Origin: an uncultured Nitrospirota bacterium
GTDB taxonomy: Bacteria > Nitrospirota > Nitrospiria > SBBL01 > Manganitrophaceae
Assembly: GCA_964579005.1 (NCBI GenBank)
Contig: CAZOFJ010000005.1
Coordinates: 2,859-66,858, forward strand
Direction of reading: 5' to 3'
Length of the DNA stretch: 64,000 bases
Shown here piece by piece: positions 31,831 through 41,335 of this stretch. A program made the translations under genes and the position numbers. The notes under the pieces were generated by a model, which searched no databases, was not told where the DNA came from, and saw nothing but the letters and a program-made list of their open reading frames with translations. Position 1 is the first letter of the stretch; each line of letters starts with the position of its first letter.

Positions 31831-33711
31831 ATGCAACGGGGATCTCCCCTCCTAACCCTTTTTTTCTCTTTTTTCGCGATCTTTTATTCTGCTACTTGCC
31901 CCGCCTTCGCGGAAGCGCCCGCCCCTCCCGCCCCCTCTATTGAGGTCAGCAAAGATATCTATTACGGTACCCCGGGGCCGGTTTCCGGTTCGCCGGCTCC
32001 CAAGATGCGCTATCCGGAGAGTTATGGACGGAGCGGGTGGATCGACGGCCGTTCCCTGCTCTGGCTCTTTATCCAGCAACATTTTTTCTTGGGGAGCTTT
32101 ATCCTCGGGGTTCCGATGATCGCCTGGATGATCGAGCTTTTCGCTCATCTCCGTCGGCGAGGTCACCCGGAGGCGTCTGGAAAACAGGATCACCTGGCGC
32201 GTGAAATCATGGAAATCGGGATGCCGTTTTACCCGATCTCCATCTTCTTCGGGGTCGCCTTGTTGCTCGCTTTCCTCTTCCTCTACAATCAATTTTTTCA
32301 ATACATGGCGTCGCTTTTCCGGCCGGTGGTCTATCTCTATGCCCTCTGTTTTCTCCTGGAGAGCGTTCTTTTATATGCCTACACCCTGACCTGGGGGCGC
32401 TGGAATCGTGGAGATAAAAAGTGGTATCACCTGAGTTTAGGGGCCCTCACCTGCACCAATGGGGTGATCATCGTTTGCCTCGCCAATGCCTGGATGGCGT
32501 TCATGATGTCTCCGGCGGGGATCGATGCCGAGGGGCGCTACCTGGGCAACATTTGGAAAGTCATCCAAACCCCCTTCTGGAATCCCCTGAATGTCCATCG
32601 GGTCTTGGCAAGTATCATGTTCAGCGGGGCGGTGATCGCCGCCTATGCCGCCTACCGCCTGCTCACCACCCGCGACCCGGCCAAACGGGCGCACTATGAC
32701 TGGATGGGGCATGTGACGATGATGATCGCCATCGTCAACCTCTTTCTTCTCCCTTTTGCCGGATATTGGTTCGCCAAAGTCATCTTTATTTTCCGGCAGC
32801 GGATGGGAGTGACGCTGATGGGGGGGCAGCTCTCTTGGCCGTTCGTGGTTCAAGCGATGTTGATCGGCCTTATTTTCATGACGGTGACTTATTACCTCTG
32901 GAGAGGGACGGCCCGGATGAATGGCGCGGAACGGTATCACCCGTTCATCAAATATCTCCTGATCATCCTCACGGTGTCGTTTATGATCTGGACCACCCCC
33001 CACACCCTCCCGGCGAGCCAGAGCGAGTTTAAGATGATGGGGGGGGCGCAACACCCGATCGTCGGCTACTACGGAACGATGGCGGCGAAAAACAGCGCGA
33101 TCAATACCATGATCCTCACCTTTGGCCTCTGTTTCGTCCTCTTCCAGCGTTGCAACAAACGGATCACCGTCCCTTGGAGCCGATGGGGAAACATCGCGTT
33201 GATCGTCTTTTTCGGCGGGGCGGAGGCGATCGTCGTCTATTTGGGTGTTTACGGTTTTTACGTGCCGGCGAATGTTCGGGTCAGTTTGGCCTTCCCGCAA
33301 TTCATGACCGCCATGACGGGGCTGATCGTCGGTTACGGTATCAACGGGTTGATGCTTCGGCGGGCGGAATCGCTCGGGCCGATCCGATGGGGAAGGCTTC
33401 CTTTCGGCGGCGCGGTCGCCCTCTTTTTCTTGGCGGTTTTTATCACGATGACGATGTCGTTGATGGGATTTATCCGCTCCTCCGTTCGGCTCAACTGGCA
33501 TATCACCGAGGTGATGGAAGATGCGACCCCTTGGGCGCAGACCCCCAGCCTCACCTACTCCCTCGGGATGGTTCTTCTGAATGTCGCCATCTTCTGGCTT
33601 CTCGCCGCCCTGATCTTCTGGGCCGGAAGCAGCCGGAGATCGGCGTTCCCCGCTCCCTCCGCCTCCGGCGCGGGCGAACTGGCCAATCCCAAAGAATCAT
33701 TCCCGTCGTAA
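31831..33711 (+). CDS. Cytochrome bd-like oxidase, CydA-family membrane subunit (626 aa)
   Basis: Signal-like N-terminus from ATG 31831. Colinear by eye with E. coli CydA landmarks: QQHFFLGSFILGVP (His19 region), FLLES (Glu99 region), ANAWMAFMMSP (ANGWMQNP), HRVLASIMFSGA (His186 region). About 14 TM helices. No cydB-like gene follows. Confidence 0.6.
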   Translation: MQRGSPLLTLFFSFFAIFYSATCPAFAEAPAPPAPSIEVSKDIYYGTPGPVSGSPAPKMRYPESYGRSGWIDGRSLLWLFIQQHFFLGSFILGVPMIAWMIELFAHLRRRGHPEASGKQDHLAREIMEIGMPFYPISIFFGVALLLAFLFLYNQFFQYMASLFRPVVYLYALCFLLESVLLYAYTLTWGRWNRGDKKWYHLSLGALTCTNGVIIVCLANAWMAFMMSPAGIDAEGRYLGNIWKVIQTPFWNPLNVHRVLASIMFSGAVIAAYAAYRLLTTRDPAKRAHYDWMGHVTMMIAIVNLFLLPFAGYWFAKVIFIFRQRMGVTLMGGQLSWPFVVQAMLIGLIFMTVTYYLWRGTARMNGAERYHPFIKYLLIILTVSFMIWTTPHTLPASQSEFKMMGGAQHPIVGYYGTMAAKNSAINTMILTFGLCFVLFQRCNKRITVPWSRWGNIALIVFFGGAEAIVVYLGVYGFYVPANVRVSLAFPQFMTAMTGLIVGYGINGLMLRRAESLGPIRWGRLPFGGAVALFFLAVFITMTMSLMGFIRSSVRLNWHITEVMEDATPWAQTPSLTYSLGMVLLNVAIFWLLAALIFWAGSSRRSAFPAPSASGAGELANPKESFPS

Positions 33712-33756
33712 CCAGTGGCCGCCGGCGCCAACCCTTGCAATAAGAATGGAGAATCG

Positions 33757-34419
33757 ATGAAGCTGTATCAACACCCGGCAAGTCCTTTTTGTATCGGCAT
33801 TGCCGCCATTTTAAAATGGCGGAAAATCCCGCACGAGATCATGAATATTCCTTATTCCGACCGCCGGATCATCGTTGAAAAAACGGAAGGAAGATATTAC
33901 CGAGTCCCCCTTTTGGAGGATGGGGAGAGGGTGGTGTGGGATCGGACCCCCTTCGGCCAGGAGATCGCCCGCTATCTCGATCAAAAATTCAATCTCGCTC
34001 TCTTCCCTCCCCATTTGGAAGGGATTCAAGCGATCCTGTCCAGATATATCGAAAATGACCTCGAAGCGATCGGTTTCAAGCTGAACGACATCCATTATCG
34101 CGCTTGGCTTTCCGACCTCTATGATCGGACGATGTTCATCCGACACAAGGAGCGGAAATTCGGAGACGGGTGTCTCGACGAATGGCAACAACAGAAAGAC
34201 CGATTACAGGAGACATTCGAGTCGCTCCTGGCTCCCCTTGATCAAATGTTACAGGAATCTCCCTTTCTGATCGACCGGCGTCCGCGGTTTGTCGACTTTA
34301 ACCTTCTCGGAATCTTGGGAAATTATCTGTTCAGCGGTCAGAACACCATCCCAACCCGTTTCAAGGCGATCGAAAAATGGAAGGAGGGGATCTTCCTCGC
34401 CCCGCCCTCCGGTATCTGA
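33757..34419 (+). CDS. Glutathione S-transferase / glutaredoxin-2-like protein
   Basis: Thioredoxin-fold N-terminus MKLYQHPASPFC...VPLLEDGERVVWD, followed by a helical GST-C-like domain. Confidence 0.6.
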   Translation: MKLYQHPASPFCIGIAAILKWRKIPHEIMNIPYSDRRIIVEKTEGRYYRVPLLEDGERVVWDRTPFGQEIARYLDQKFNLALFPPHLEGIQAILSRYIENDLEAIGFKLNDIHYRAWLSDLYDRTMFIRHKERKFGDGCLDEWQQQKDRLQETFESLLAPLDQMLQESPFLIDRRPRFVDFNLLGILGNYLFSGQNTIPTRFKAIEKWKEGIFLAPPSGI

Positions 34420-34464
34420 TTTTGGTTTGCAACTGATTCTAACGAGAACCTTTTTAACAAGAGG

Positions 34465-35331
34465 ATGATCATGGCAGAAATGAAACCAGCGGAAATGATC
34501 GAGCAGCAGCGGCAAGATTGGAACCGGGTCGCCCCCGCTTGGGAGAAGTGGGATGCGCTGCTCCAACGGAATTTGTCTTTCCTCAACTACCGACTGGTCG
34601 GCGATGCCCGGATTCGACCGGGGCATCGTGTATTGGACCTCGGCTCCGGCACCGGCTATCCCGCCATCGTCGCCGCCGAGGCGGTCGGAAACCAAGGGGA
34701 AGTCGTCGGCCTCGACCTGGCGACCGAGATGTTGGAGCGAGCCAAGCGGAAGGCATATGCCTTGGGGCTCTTTCATCTGGACTTTCGCGTCTCCGATGTG
34801 ACCACCCTTTCCGAACCGGATGCCTCCTTTGATGCGGTGATCAGCCGGTTCTGCCTGATGTTCCTGCCCGACATCCCCAAGGCGGTCGGGGAGATCACAC
34901 GGGTTCTCAAGCCGGGGGGCTACCTTGCGGCGGCGGTCTGGTCGACGCCCGAAAACAATCCGTTTGCAAAAATCCCGATCGATGTCCTCAAGCAGTTTAT
35001 CGAGATTCCCCCTCCGCTGCCAGACCAGCCGGGGATCTTCCGGCTTGCAAAACCGGGAGATTTGTCGGGGATGACCGAGAGGGCGGGGCTTCAGAAAATC
35101 GCCGATGAGGAGATTGTTGCCGACGCTCCCTACGATTCGGCGGAGATCTATCTCGAAAATCTTCTGGAGATGGCGGCCCCTCTTCAGCCGCTCTTCGCCA
35201 AGCTTTCTCCCGCTCAGCGGAGCGAGGCTGAGCGGCGGATGAAAGAGGCGGCAGAGCGCTATCGCCAAGGAGACGAACTGGCCCTTCCAATGGCGATCCG
35301 GGTCGTCGTCGCCCGAAAGCCTTGGTCTTAA
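34465..35331 (+). CDS. Class I SAM-dependent methyltransferase
   Basis: Motif I VLDLGSGTGYPA, post-I GLDLA, motif II/III region VISRFCLMFLPD...LKPGG. The ATG at 34471 is an equally good start. Confidence 0.8.
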   Translation: MIMAEMKPAEMIEQQRQDWNRVAPAWEKWDALLQRNLSFLNYRLVGDARIRPGHRVLDLGSGTGYPAIVAAEAVGNQGEVVGLDLATEMLERAKRKAYALGLFHLDFRVSDVTTLSEPDASFDAVISRFCLMFLPDIPKAVGEITRVLKPGGYLAAAVWSTPENNPFAKIPIDVLKQFIEIPPPLPDQPGIFRLAKPGDLSGMTERAGLQKIADEEIVADAPYDSAEIYLENLLEMAAPLQPLFAKLSPAQRSEAERRMKEAAERYRQGDELALPMAIRVVVARKPWS

Positions 35332-35426
35332 ACCCCGATCTCTCTTCCTTGTGCTAAAGTCGGATGGACCCTGTTTCGTCGTCCATCGTCTTGGATCGAA
35401 TCTGAAGTTTTTTTGTTCGAACGATC

Positions 35427-35458
35427 AAAGGCCATGGACCGAATCCGTGGCCTTTTTT
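35427..35458 (+). terminator. Rho-independent terminator
   Basis: AAAGGCCATGG (35427-35437) / CCGTGGCCTTT (35445-35455), with one G:U pair, followed by a T-run. Confidence 0.6.
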
Positions 35459-35484
35459 ATTTTTACACAGAATGGGAGAAAAAA

Positions 35485-35907
35485 ATGCCGCTCCATTTTA
35501 GTGACAGCAAAGAGATCGATGTCGACCAGGTTCTGGCGCTTTACCGTCATACCGATTGGGCCAAAGACCGGACCCGTGAAGAAACCGGGGAGATCCTCAC
35601 CCGATCCAGCCTCGTTTTTGGGCTTTGGGAAGGACCGCGCCTGGTTGCCTTCGCACGTGTCTTGACCGATTTTGTCGCCCGCGCCGGAATTTATGATGTC
35701 ATCGTTCATCCGGAGGCGCAAAAAAAGGGGGTCGGCCGGATGCTGATCGAACAGATGCTGGGTCATTCCTCGCTCCAGAAAGTCCCTGTTTTTCACCTTC
35801 TTACCAAGGACAAACGGCTGTTCTATGAAAAACTGGGCTTTGTGACCGCCGGCGAACGGGGATACAGCGCGATGATCTTCAATCGAGAAAAGGAGAAGAA
35901 AAAGTGA
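35485..35907 (+). CDS. GNAT-family N-acetyltransferase (140 aa)
   Basis: Start at ATG 35485 after GGGAG. Acetyl-CoA-binding motif QKKGVGRMLIEQM. Confidence 0.75.
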   Translation: MPLHFSDSKEIDVDQVLALYRHTDWAKDRTREETGEILTRSSLVFGLWEGPRLVAFARVLTDFVARAGIYDVIVHPEAQKKGVGRMLIEQMLGHSSLQKVPVFHLLTKDKRLFYEKLGFVTAGERGYSAMIFNREKEKKK

Positions 35908-36045
35908 ACCGATCGTGTTTGCTACCGTGTGGGGGAGGATGGGTTGGTTCCGGTTGACAGATTCTTAGGTGTTCCTCCCCCCTTGCGAAGAGAGAAGAGT
36001 GCGGTTAAGATTAAAAATAGAGAGTCGACTTTTTGGGGAAATCAT

Positions 36046-36603
36046 ATGGAAAAATCATTAGAAGTACTAAAGGGAAAGCTCCTGGTCGCCATGCCGATGC
36101 TTCCCGATCCCAACTTCAGGCAATCGGTAGTTTTGATGTGTGAACATGGGCCTGAAGGGGCGTTGGGGCTTGTCCTGAACCGCCCGACCGAAGTGGCGGT
36201 CTCGGTTTTGATTGAAGACTTTCCCAGGCTTGCCGGGGGTGAATGGGTCTACTCGGGAGGTCCCGTTGCAAAGAACGGGATGCTGGTCCTCTGCCGTGGT
36301 GAGACCCCCTTTGAGGATCATCCGGTTTTGAAAGATGTCTATTTGGCGAGAGACCTGGAGAAACTCAAAATGCCGGGGGCCTTGGGGGCCGACGGCGAGA
36401 TCCGTTGTTATTTGGGATATGCCGGTTGGGCCGCGGGGCAGCTTGAAAGCGAAATGGAGTCGGGAACCTGGAGGGTTGTTCCGGCCGATACCGCTCTTAT
36501 TTTTGACGCCGATCCGGCCCTTCTCTGGCCTCAGATGATGCGGCGTCTCGGCCCGGAGTGGGCCTTTTATGCAACCATGCCGTTCGACCCGAGTATGAAT
36601 TAA
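36046..36603 (+). CDS. yqgE: YqgE/AlgH-family protein (UPF0301)
   Basis: LKGKLLVAMPMLPDPNFRQSVVLMCEHGPEGALGLVLNRP is the family signature. Start at ATG 36046. Confidence 0.85.
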   Translation: MEKSLEVLKGKLLVAMPMLPDPNFRQSVVLMCEHGPEGALGLVLNRPTEVAVSVLIEDFPRLAGGEWVYSGGPVAKNGMLVLCRGETPFEDHPVLKDVYLARDLEKLKMPGALGADGEIRCYLGYAGWAAGQLESEMESGTWRVVPADTALIFDADPALLWPQMMRRLGPEWAFYATMPFDPSMN

Positions 36604-37841
36604 TTTAATAGAAGAGATCGGCCCCCCTTTTCACCCCTCTCATTAGATCGGCTCTTACTCCCCCCAATGGCGCTGTTTAGGACTCTCGTGACTTCAGGTT
36701 GGATGATCCGAATCCGGTGGTTCGCGGAATCGGCGACGTAGATCTCTCCCTTTGGATCAATCGCAATCCCGTTTGGAAGATTGAAACCGGACGACGGCCC
36801 GATCCCATCAAGGCCGCCCGGCTGGCTGTTTCCCGCAACGGTTGTGACCCGCCCCGCCGGAAGGGTGATCTTCCTGATCCGATGATTCTGGCTGTCCGAA
36901 AGGATGAGATTCCCCTCCGGATCAATTCCAATCCCGCTTGGATGGGAAAAGGCCGTTTCTGAGCGGAGGCCGTCTTTGTCGCCCGGTTGGCCCGATCCGG
37001 CCACCGTCATCACGATTCCATCCCGATCGATCCGTCGGACCGTATGGGAACCGGTGTCGGAGATGTAAAGATTCCCGACGTCATCAACCGCCACGGCGAC
37101 CGGTTCTTGAAATTGTGCGAAATAACCGAGGCCATCTCGATAGCCGGGCTCGCCCGATCCAGCCACGATCATCACAATCCCATGGGGAGTGAGCCGTTTG
37201 ATCCGATGTGCCCCTTTATCCGCGATATAAAGACTTCCGTCGGGCGCCACCGCCACCCCGGTCGGCTGGACGAACTCCGCCTCCAGAGCCGGTCCCTCCT
37301 TGTTCCCCGGCCGTCCACTTCCCGCGACCGTGGAAACCGTCCCATCCGGGGTGATCTTGCGAATCCGAAAGTTTCCGGCATCGGCGACATAGAGGTTCCC
37401 TCTCGGATCGACGGTGATCATTTCCGGATCGTGAAAAAAGGCCTTTTTCCCCCTTCCCTCTGAAAACCCGGGGCTCCCTCCACCCGCGAAGGTGGTTACC
37501 CAACCGAACCGATCGATCTTGCGAATGAGATGATTTTCACGGTCACTGATGAACAGTTCTCCCATTCGGTTGACGGCCACGCCAACCGGCCGGTTGAAGC
37601 GGGCGGTCCTTCCCGATCCGTTCTCATTTCCCGGTTGTCCCGATCCGGCCAGGGTCGAAACGATCCACGGGGAGGGCCCGGCTCCCAGTTGGAAAGAAGA
37701 AGTTTCCTGGATTGAATGAAGGGACGAAAACGATGGCCTAGAAAATGGTACGGCCACCAGTGGGGGGGCGGAGAAAAAAGAGAGAAATAGAAACGTCAGG
37801 GGCAATGGGATCATCACACTAGAGAGCAAAGATCGCTTCAA
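36600..37841 (-). CDS. Secreted NHL-repeat beta-propeller protein
   Basis: Signal peptide. Six repeats of the type LY(V/I)AD..NHRIRKI. The 3' end overlaps convergent yqgE by 4 nt. Confidence 0.8.
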   Translation of the reverse strand: MKRSLLSSVMIPLPLTFLFLSFFSAPPLVAVPFSRPSFSSLHSIQETSSFQLGAGPSPWIVSTLAGSGQPGNENGSGRTARFNRPVGVAVNRMGELFISDRENHLIRKIDRFGWVTTFAGGGSPGFSEGRGKKAFFHDPEMITVDPRGNLYVADAGNFRIRKITPDGTVSTVAGSGRPGNKEGPALEAEFVQPTGVAVAPDGSLYIADKGAHRIKRLTPHGIVMIVAGSGEPGYRDGLGYFAQFQEPVAVAVDDVGNLYISDTGSHTVRRIDRDGIVMTVAGSGQPGDKDGLRSETAFSHPSGIGIDPEGNLILSDSQNHRIRKITLPAGRVTTVAGNSQPGGLDGIGPSSGFNLPNGIAIDPKGEIYVADSANHRIRIIQPEVTRVLNSAIGGSKSRSNERGEKGGRSLLLN

Positions 37842-38000
37842 GTCAAAAAGCCTCCTCCCATACCGGAAAAAGAGGGTGAAAGAGATAAAATCGGTTTTGA
37901 TAGGCTCTTAAAAGAGTTCTCTTTTGGAGAGGCTATTCTATGGGAAGAAGAGGATGAGGCGCAAGGGGCGGGTGAGAGAGGGCCGATCTGATGAGCCACG

Positions 38001-38252
38001 TTATCTTCTGTGTTGCGCCAAGCGGTGCCGGCGATTCCAGAGAATGATCGGGTCGACAAGCTCGCCGCATTGGACGCAGCGCCGCGCCAAGAGGTCGATA
38101 TAACCGCTGTCTCTCAGAAGATAGAGACATTCTCCGATGATCATGAGCCCTCCGCACCGCCAACACCGCGGCTTGCTCACAAATTTTTTCCACTCGGCGT
38201 TCACCGCCTGTTTCAGATCGTTTCCTTGAAGTTTAGCTACTTTCGGCATCAA
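38001..38252 (-). CDS. Small zinc-ribbon protein (83 aa), unknown function
   Basis: SD GAAGGGGA. Two CxxC pairs (CWRCGG ... CVQCGE). Confidence 0.5.
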   Translation of the reverse strand: MMPKVAKLQGNDLKQAVNAEWKKFVSKPRCWRCGGLMIIGECLYLLRDSGYIDLLARRCVQCGELVDPIILWNRRHRLAQHRR

Positions 38253-38333
38253 AGCTTCCCCTTCACTTCAGTGCTTGTTGCCGCCAATGGACACCAGCGA
38301 TTTTCTCTTCGGGACTAATCCGGCTCCGCCGGA

Positions 38334-38756
38334 TTAGTCGACATGAGCATCTATTGCGGAATGATCATATTGATCAACCATGACCGTCATGGCGGTTCCT
38401 TTTTTTATGTCGATCATTTTCCCCGTCATGGTGTCCTTCATCGTATAAGATTGTGATGTCCCGTTTTTAAGTTTGAGCGTGAAGATCTTCTTCTCTTGGT
38501 CACATTCAATGACCTCACCATGAATCAATACCAACTGATCTTTTTGACCGATATGAATCATGTCGATAATCTGATTCCCTTCATCAAATTCCAATAAGAC
38601 ACGATCCCCGGGCTGAAGAGGAGTGATCGCCGTTTTCTTGGCTTTTTTTGGGGTAAAGTGGCGGGTGGTTCCCCCCTCTATCTCCAATGAGACCCTCTCT
38701 TCCGTAGCCTTACGGACTGTGCCGATGACATTATGTAGAATATTGGGAGCCCTCAC
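38334..38756 (-). CDS. Hypothetical protein (140 aa), AT-rich gene
   Basis: GTG start with a weak SD. Lys-rich beta-type sequence. Visibly lower GC than its surroundings. Confidence 0.45.
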   Translation of the reverse strand: MRAPNILHNVIGTVRKATEERVSLEIEGGTTRHFTPKKAKKTAITPLQPGDRVLLEFDEGNQIIDMIHIGQKDQLVLIHGEVIECDQEKKIFTLKLKNGTSQSYTMKDTMTGKMIDIKKGTAMTVMVDQYDHSAIDAHVD

Positions 38757-38833
38757 CCCGTAAACCTGCCCTGCATGCGATCGGCGGAGTGAATATCGCC
38801 CGCCGCGATGGTTCTGTTTTCATCGGATCTTGC

Positions 38834-39052
38834 CTATCGGTCATCTTTGTTTCCCGTGAGTAGCAACACGATGCCTCCGGCCAGTGCGATCACTCCCGCA
38901 ATCGGCGGGGGTGGGACTGCTCTTGTCGTCTCACTCGCCACCTCGGGATTGAGATGAAGCCTTTTTTGTCGCATGAAAGCGACCCCTTGATAAGCAAAGG
39001 TCACAACTCCCACGGCAATAAAGAGGAGGGCGACCAGTCTGTCCGTTTTCAT
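38834..39052 (-). CDS. Small two-TM membrane protein (72 aa)
   Basis: Start moved to the internal ATG 39052 (MKTDRLVALLFIAVG...). Second helix IAGVIALAGGIVLLL. Confidence 0.45.
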   Translation of the reverse strand: MKTDRLVALLFIAVGVVTFAYQGVAFMRQKRLHLNPEVASETTRAVPPPPIAGVIALAGGIVLLLTGNKDDR

Positions 39053-39057
39053 TTCGC

Positions 39058-39204
39058 TCAACCTCTTGATTTTGGTGTTCCCGGAAACAACCCGGTTTTC
39101 AGAAAAAACCATCGGAGAAAAAACAGGCCAAGAACCCAGAGCGGCCAGAGGAGAATGAGAAAGATCAAGAAATATTGGAAAAGGTCCTTTGCTGAGACGA
39201 TCAT
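39058..39204 (-). CDS. Small membrane protein (48 aa), paralog of 42549..42740
   Basis: From ATG 39204: MIVSAKDLFQYFLIFLILLWPLWVLGLFFLR, aligning with MKDIFHYLLIFLVILWPVWVLAFFFLR of the paralog. Both share the same upstream promoter architecture. Confidence 0.5.
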   Translation of the reverse strand: MIVSAKDLFQYFLIFLILLWPLWVLGLFFLRWFFLKTGLFPGTPKSRG

Positions 39205-39295
39205 TGAAAACCCCGGAAACCTTAAATTCTCTGTTCTGGTTTGAAGCCGCACAAGGCGCTACGAGTTTACCCTAGACCCGCGGGTCTTAAACTTC

Positions 39296-39338
39296 ATTAT
39301 GACGATAAAAGAACAGAAGATCTGATCAAAGTTGCTCA
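39296..39338 (-). promoter_or_regulatory. Conserved activator-site + -10 module, copy a
   Basis: On the minus strand: TGAGCAACTTTGATCAGA (39338-39321), 19 nt, CATAAT (39301-39296). The spacing is identical in copies b and c. Confidence 0.55.
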
Positions 39339-39553
39339 CTTTTGAGATTTTGAGAAATGGACAGAAGGGGGTCGATTCTTGATGGGGATGGGAATATTGG
39401 GGAGTGTAAACATTCTGTTAAATGGGATGACCTTTCGAGGGGAATCGCTCCTTTAAAACTTCAGGTCAGGAAGGACCCCAAAACCAGGCTGTCAGGGTCA
39501 ATCTTCCTGATACCTGGCTTTGGGGCGTGAGAGAGCGTTGGTATTCACGGGAG

Positions 39554-39778
39554 TTATGCTCCTACGAGGAGCTCTTCCGTCATCTTCGGAGCAACCAGAA
39601 CCTTGGGGGTGATGCGTTTCGCCCCATTCATCAGCGTCCCCTCTTCCATTTTTTTAAGATCGAGACGAACCACCTCGAGCCCCGGAGGGGTGTTCATCGT
39701 AAACGTCCAACCCCAAAGCAGATTAATATATCCAAAGGCGACAAGCACCAATCCGAACTCCAAAAATCCTGCATTCAT
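39554..39778 (-). CDS. Small membrane-anchored protein (74 aa) behind a sigma-54 promoter
   Basis: ATG at 39778 with AGGAG upstream. N-terminal TM helix FLEFGLVLVAFGYINLLWGW. The longer GTG-started ORF in the track would swallow the promoter. Confidence 0.5.
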   Translation of the reverse strand: MNAGFLEFGLVLVAFGYINLLWGWTFTMNTPPGLEVVRLDLKKMEEGTLMNGAKRITPKVLVAPKMTEELLVGA

Positions 39779-39826
39779 AGTAGATCTCCTCTGAAACGGT
39801 TTTTTTGTTCTTACACTTGGTATAAG

Positions 39827-39842
39827 AGCAAAGACGATGCCA
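39827..39842 (-). promoter_or_regulatory. Sigma-54 (-24/-12) promoter
   Basis: On the minus strand: TGGCAT (39842-39837), CGTCT, TTGCT (39831-27). This is a near-perfect match to TGGCAC-N5-TTGCW. It lies 100 nt downstream of the activator gene stop and about 50 nt upstream of the ATG at 39778. Confidence 0.65.
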
Positions 39843-39941
39843 AAGAAGACCACTGAGAAATATCCTTACCATTGAACAGGTTACGGATGGGTCGGATCTG
39901 TCGGCCGCAGAAACAGCCGCAAACTGACGCAAGTTGCAGCT

Positions 39942-41291
39942 TCATTGTGAAGCACTTTTTGAGTATTTGATTCCGAACGCCTTCAAGCGCCTCGCAAGGG
40001 TCGAGCGGCTGATCCCAAGCGTCTGAGCCGCTTTGGTCTGATTCCAATCGGTCTCTTTCAATACCTTCATCACCGTGGCCCGCTCTTGTTCGGCCAAGAC
40101 GCCCCCTTCGGTTTGTAAAAACGTGGGAGGTTCTTTCAAAGAGAACGTGGCCGATCTGGGAAGATGTTCGATCAGGAGGGTTGGTCCCGGAGAGGTGACG
40201 AACGCATGCTCGATCATATTCTCCAGCTCTCTCACATTCCCGGGATAGTCATAGGAGAGAAGATACTCCAGCGCCTTCGGCGAGATATTCATGATCTGTT
40301 TCCCCGTCTCCCGGCTGAACTTCGCCATGAAATGTTTAATCAACGGAAAGATGTCATCTTTGCGCTCGCGCAGCAGCGGGACAACGATCGGAAAAACCCG
40401 GATTCGATAATAGAGGTCTTCTCGAAAACGCCCCTCCGACACCTCTTGGGCAAGATCCTTGTTTGTCGCGGCGATAATTCGAACGTCGACGCGGACCGTC
40501 TTCGTCCCCCCGACCCGTTCGAACTCGTGCTCCTGCAACACCCTTAGGACTTTGGCCTGCGCCGCCGGGCTCATATCTCCGATCTCATCCAAGAAGAGGG
40601 TGCCATGATCGGCCAACTCAAACCGGCCGGGGCGATCGTAAATGGCGCTGGTAAACGCCCCCTTCATATGACCGAACAGCTCGCTCTCAAGAAGATCGTC
40701 GGAGAGAGAGGCGCAGTTGACCGCAATAAACGGCTTGTCCCGCCGCGGTCCGGTCTGATGAATCGCGCGGGCGATCAGCTCTTTTCCGGTGCCGCTTCCC
40801 CCTTCCAACAGCACCGTCACATGAGAAGCGGCGGCCGATGCGACCAGATCAAGCGTCTCCAGGAGTTTTTTGCTTTTGCCGATGAGCGATCGAAGACCGG
40901 TGGGACGCGGATCGCCCTCTCCCCGCACGAACGACGCAGCAGTGACTTCGCGAATACTCTCAAATGCCCCAATGACCTTCCCATCCGGATCTAAGAGGAG
41001 ATCGATATGAATATGGACCGGAATCGAAATGCCTTCCGCGTCCCTCAAGATCGCCTCATGCACCGAGACGATTTCACGTTGGAAGATCGCCCGGTCGAGG
41101 AGAATTTCATGATTGAGGGCAAGAAGACTTTTACGGAGGACTTTTTGAACGGTGTCGAGATCGACCTGTTCGGGGTGCTCATGAAACAACATCCGTCTCA
41201 AAACGCGATTCGCGAAGATCACCTTCTTGTGGGTATCGATGGCGAAGACCCCCACATTCATGGCGTTTAGTAGTTCGTGAGCTTCAAGCAT
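39942..41291 (-). CDS. Sigma-54-dependent transcriptional activator (PAS + AAA+ + Fis-type HTH; no receiver domain)
   Basis: Walker A GGSGTGKELIARAIH, GAFTSA sigma-54 contact loop, ESELFGH, RVIAATN, C-terminal HTH QTKAAQTLGISRSTLARRLK, and an N-terminal PAS-like ~110 aa. Confidence 0.92.
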   Translation of the reverse strand: MLEAHELLNAMNVGVFAIDTHKKVIFANRVLRRMLFHEHPEQVDLDTVQKVLRKSLLALNHEILLDRAIFQREIVSVHEAILRDAEGISIPVHIHIDLLLDPDGKVIGAFESIREVTAASFVRGEGDPRPTGLRSLIGKSKKLLETLDLVASAAASHVTVLLEGGSGTGKELIARAIHQTGPRRDKPFIAVNCASLSDDLLESELFGHMKGAFTSAIYDRPGRFELADHGTLFLDEIGDMSPAAQAKVLRVLQEHEFERVGGTKTVRVDVRIIAATNKDLAQEVSEGRFREDLYYRIRVFPIVVPLLRERKDDIFPLIKHFMAKFSRETGKQIMNISPKALEYLLSYDYPGNVRELENMIEHAFVTSPGPTLLIEHLPRSATFSLKEPPTFLQTEGGVLAEQERATVMKVLKETDWNQTKAAQTLGISRSTLARRLKAFGIKYSKSASQ

Positions 41292-41335
41292 CGTGTAAGG
41301 TTCCTAATGCAGTGAGTCGTAAATTTCTTGACAGT

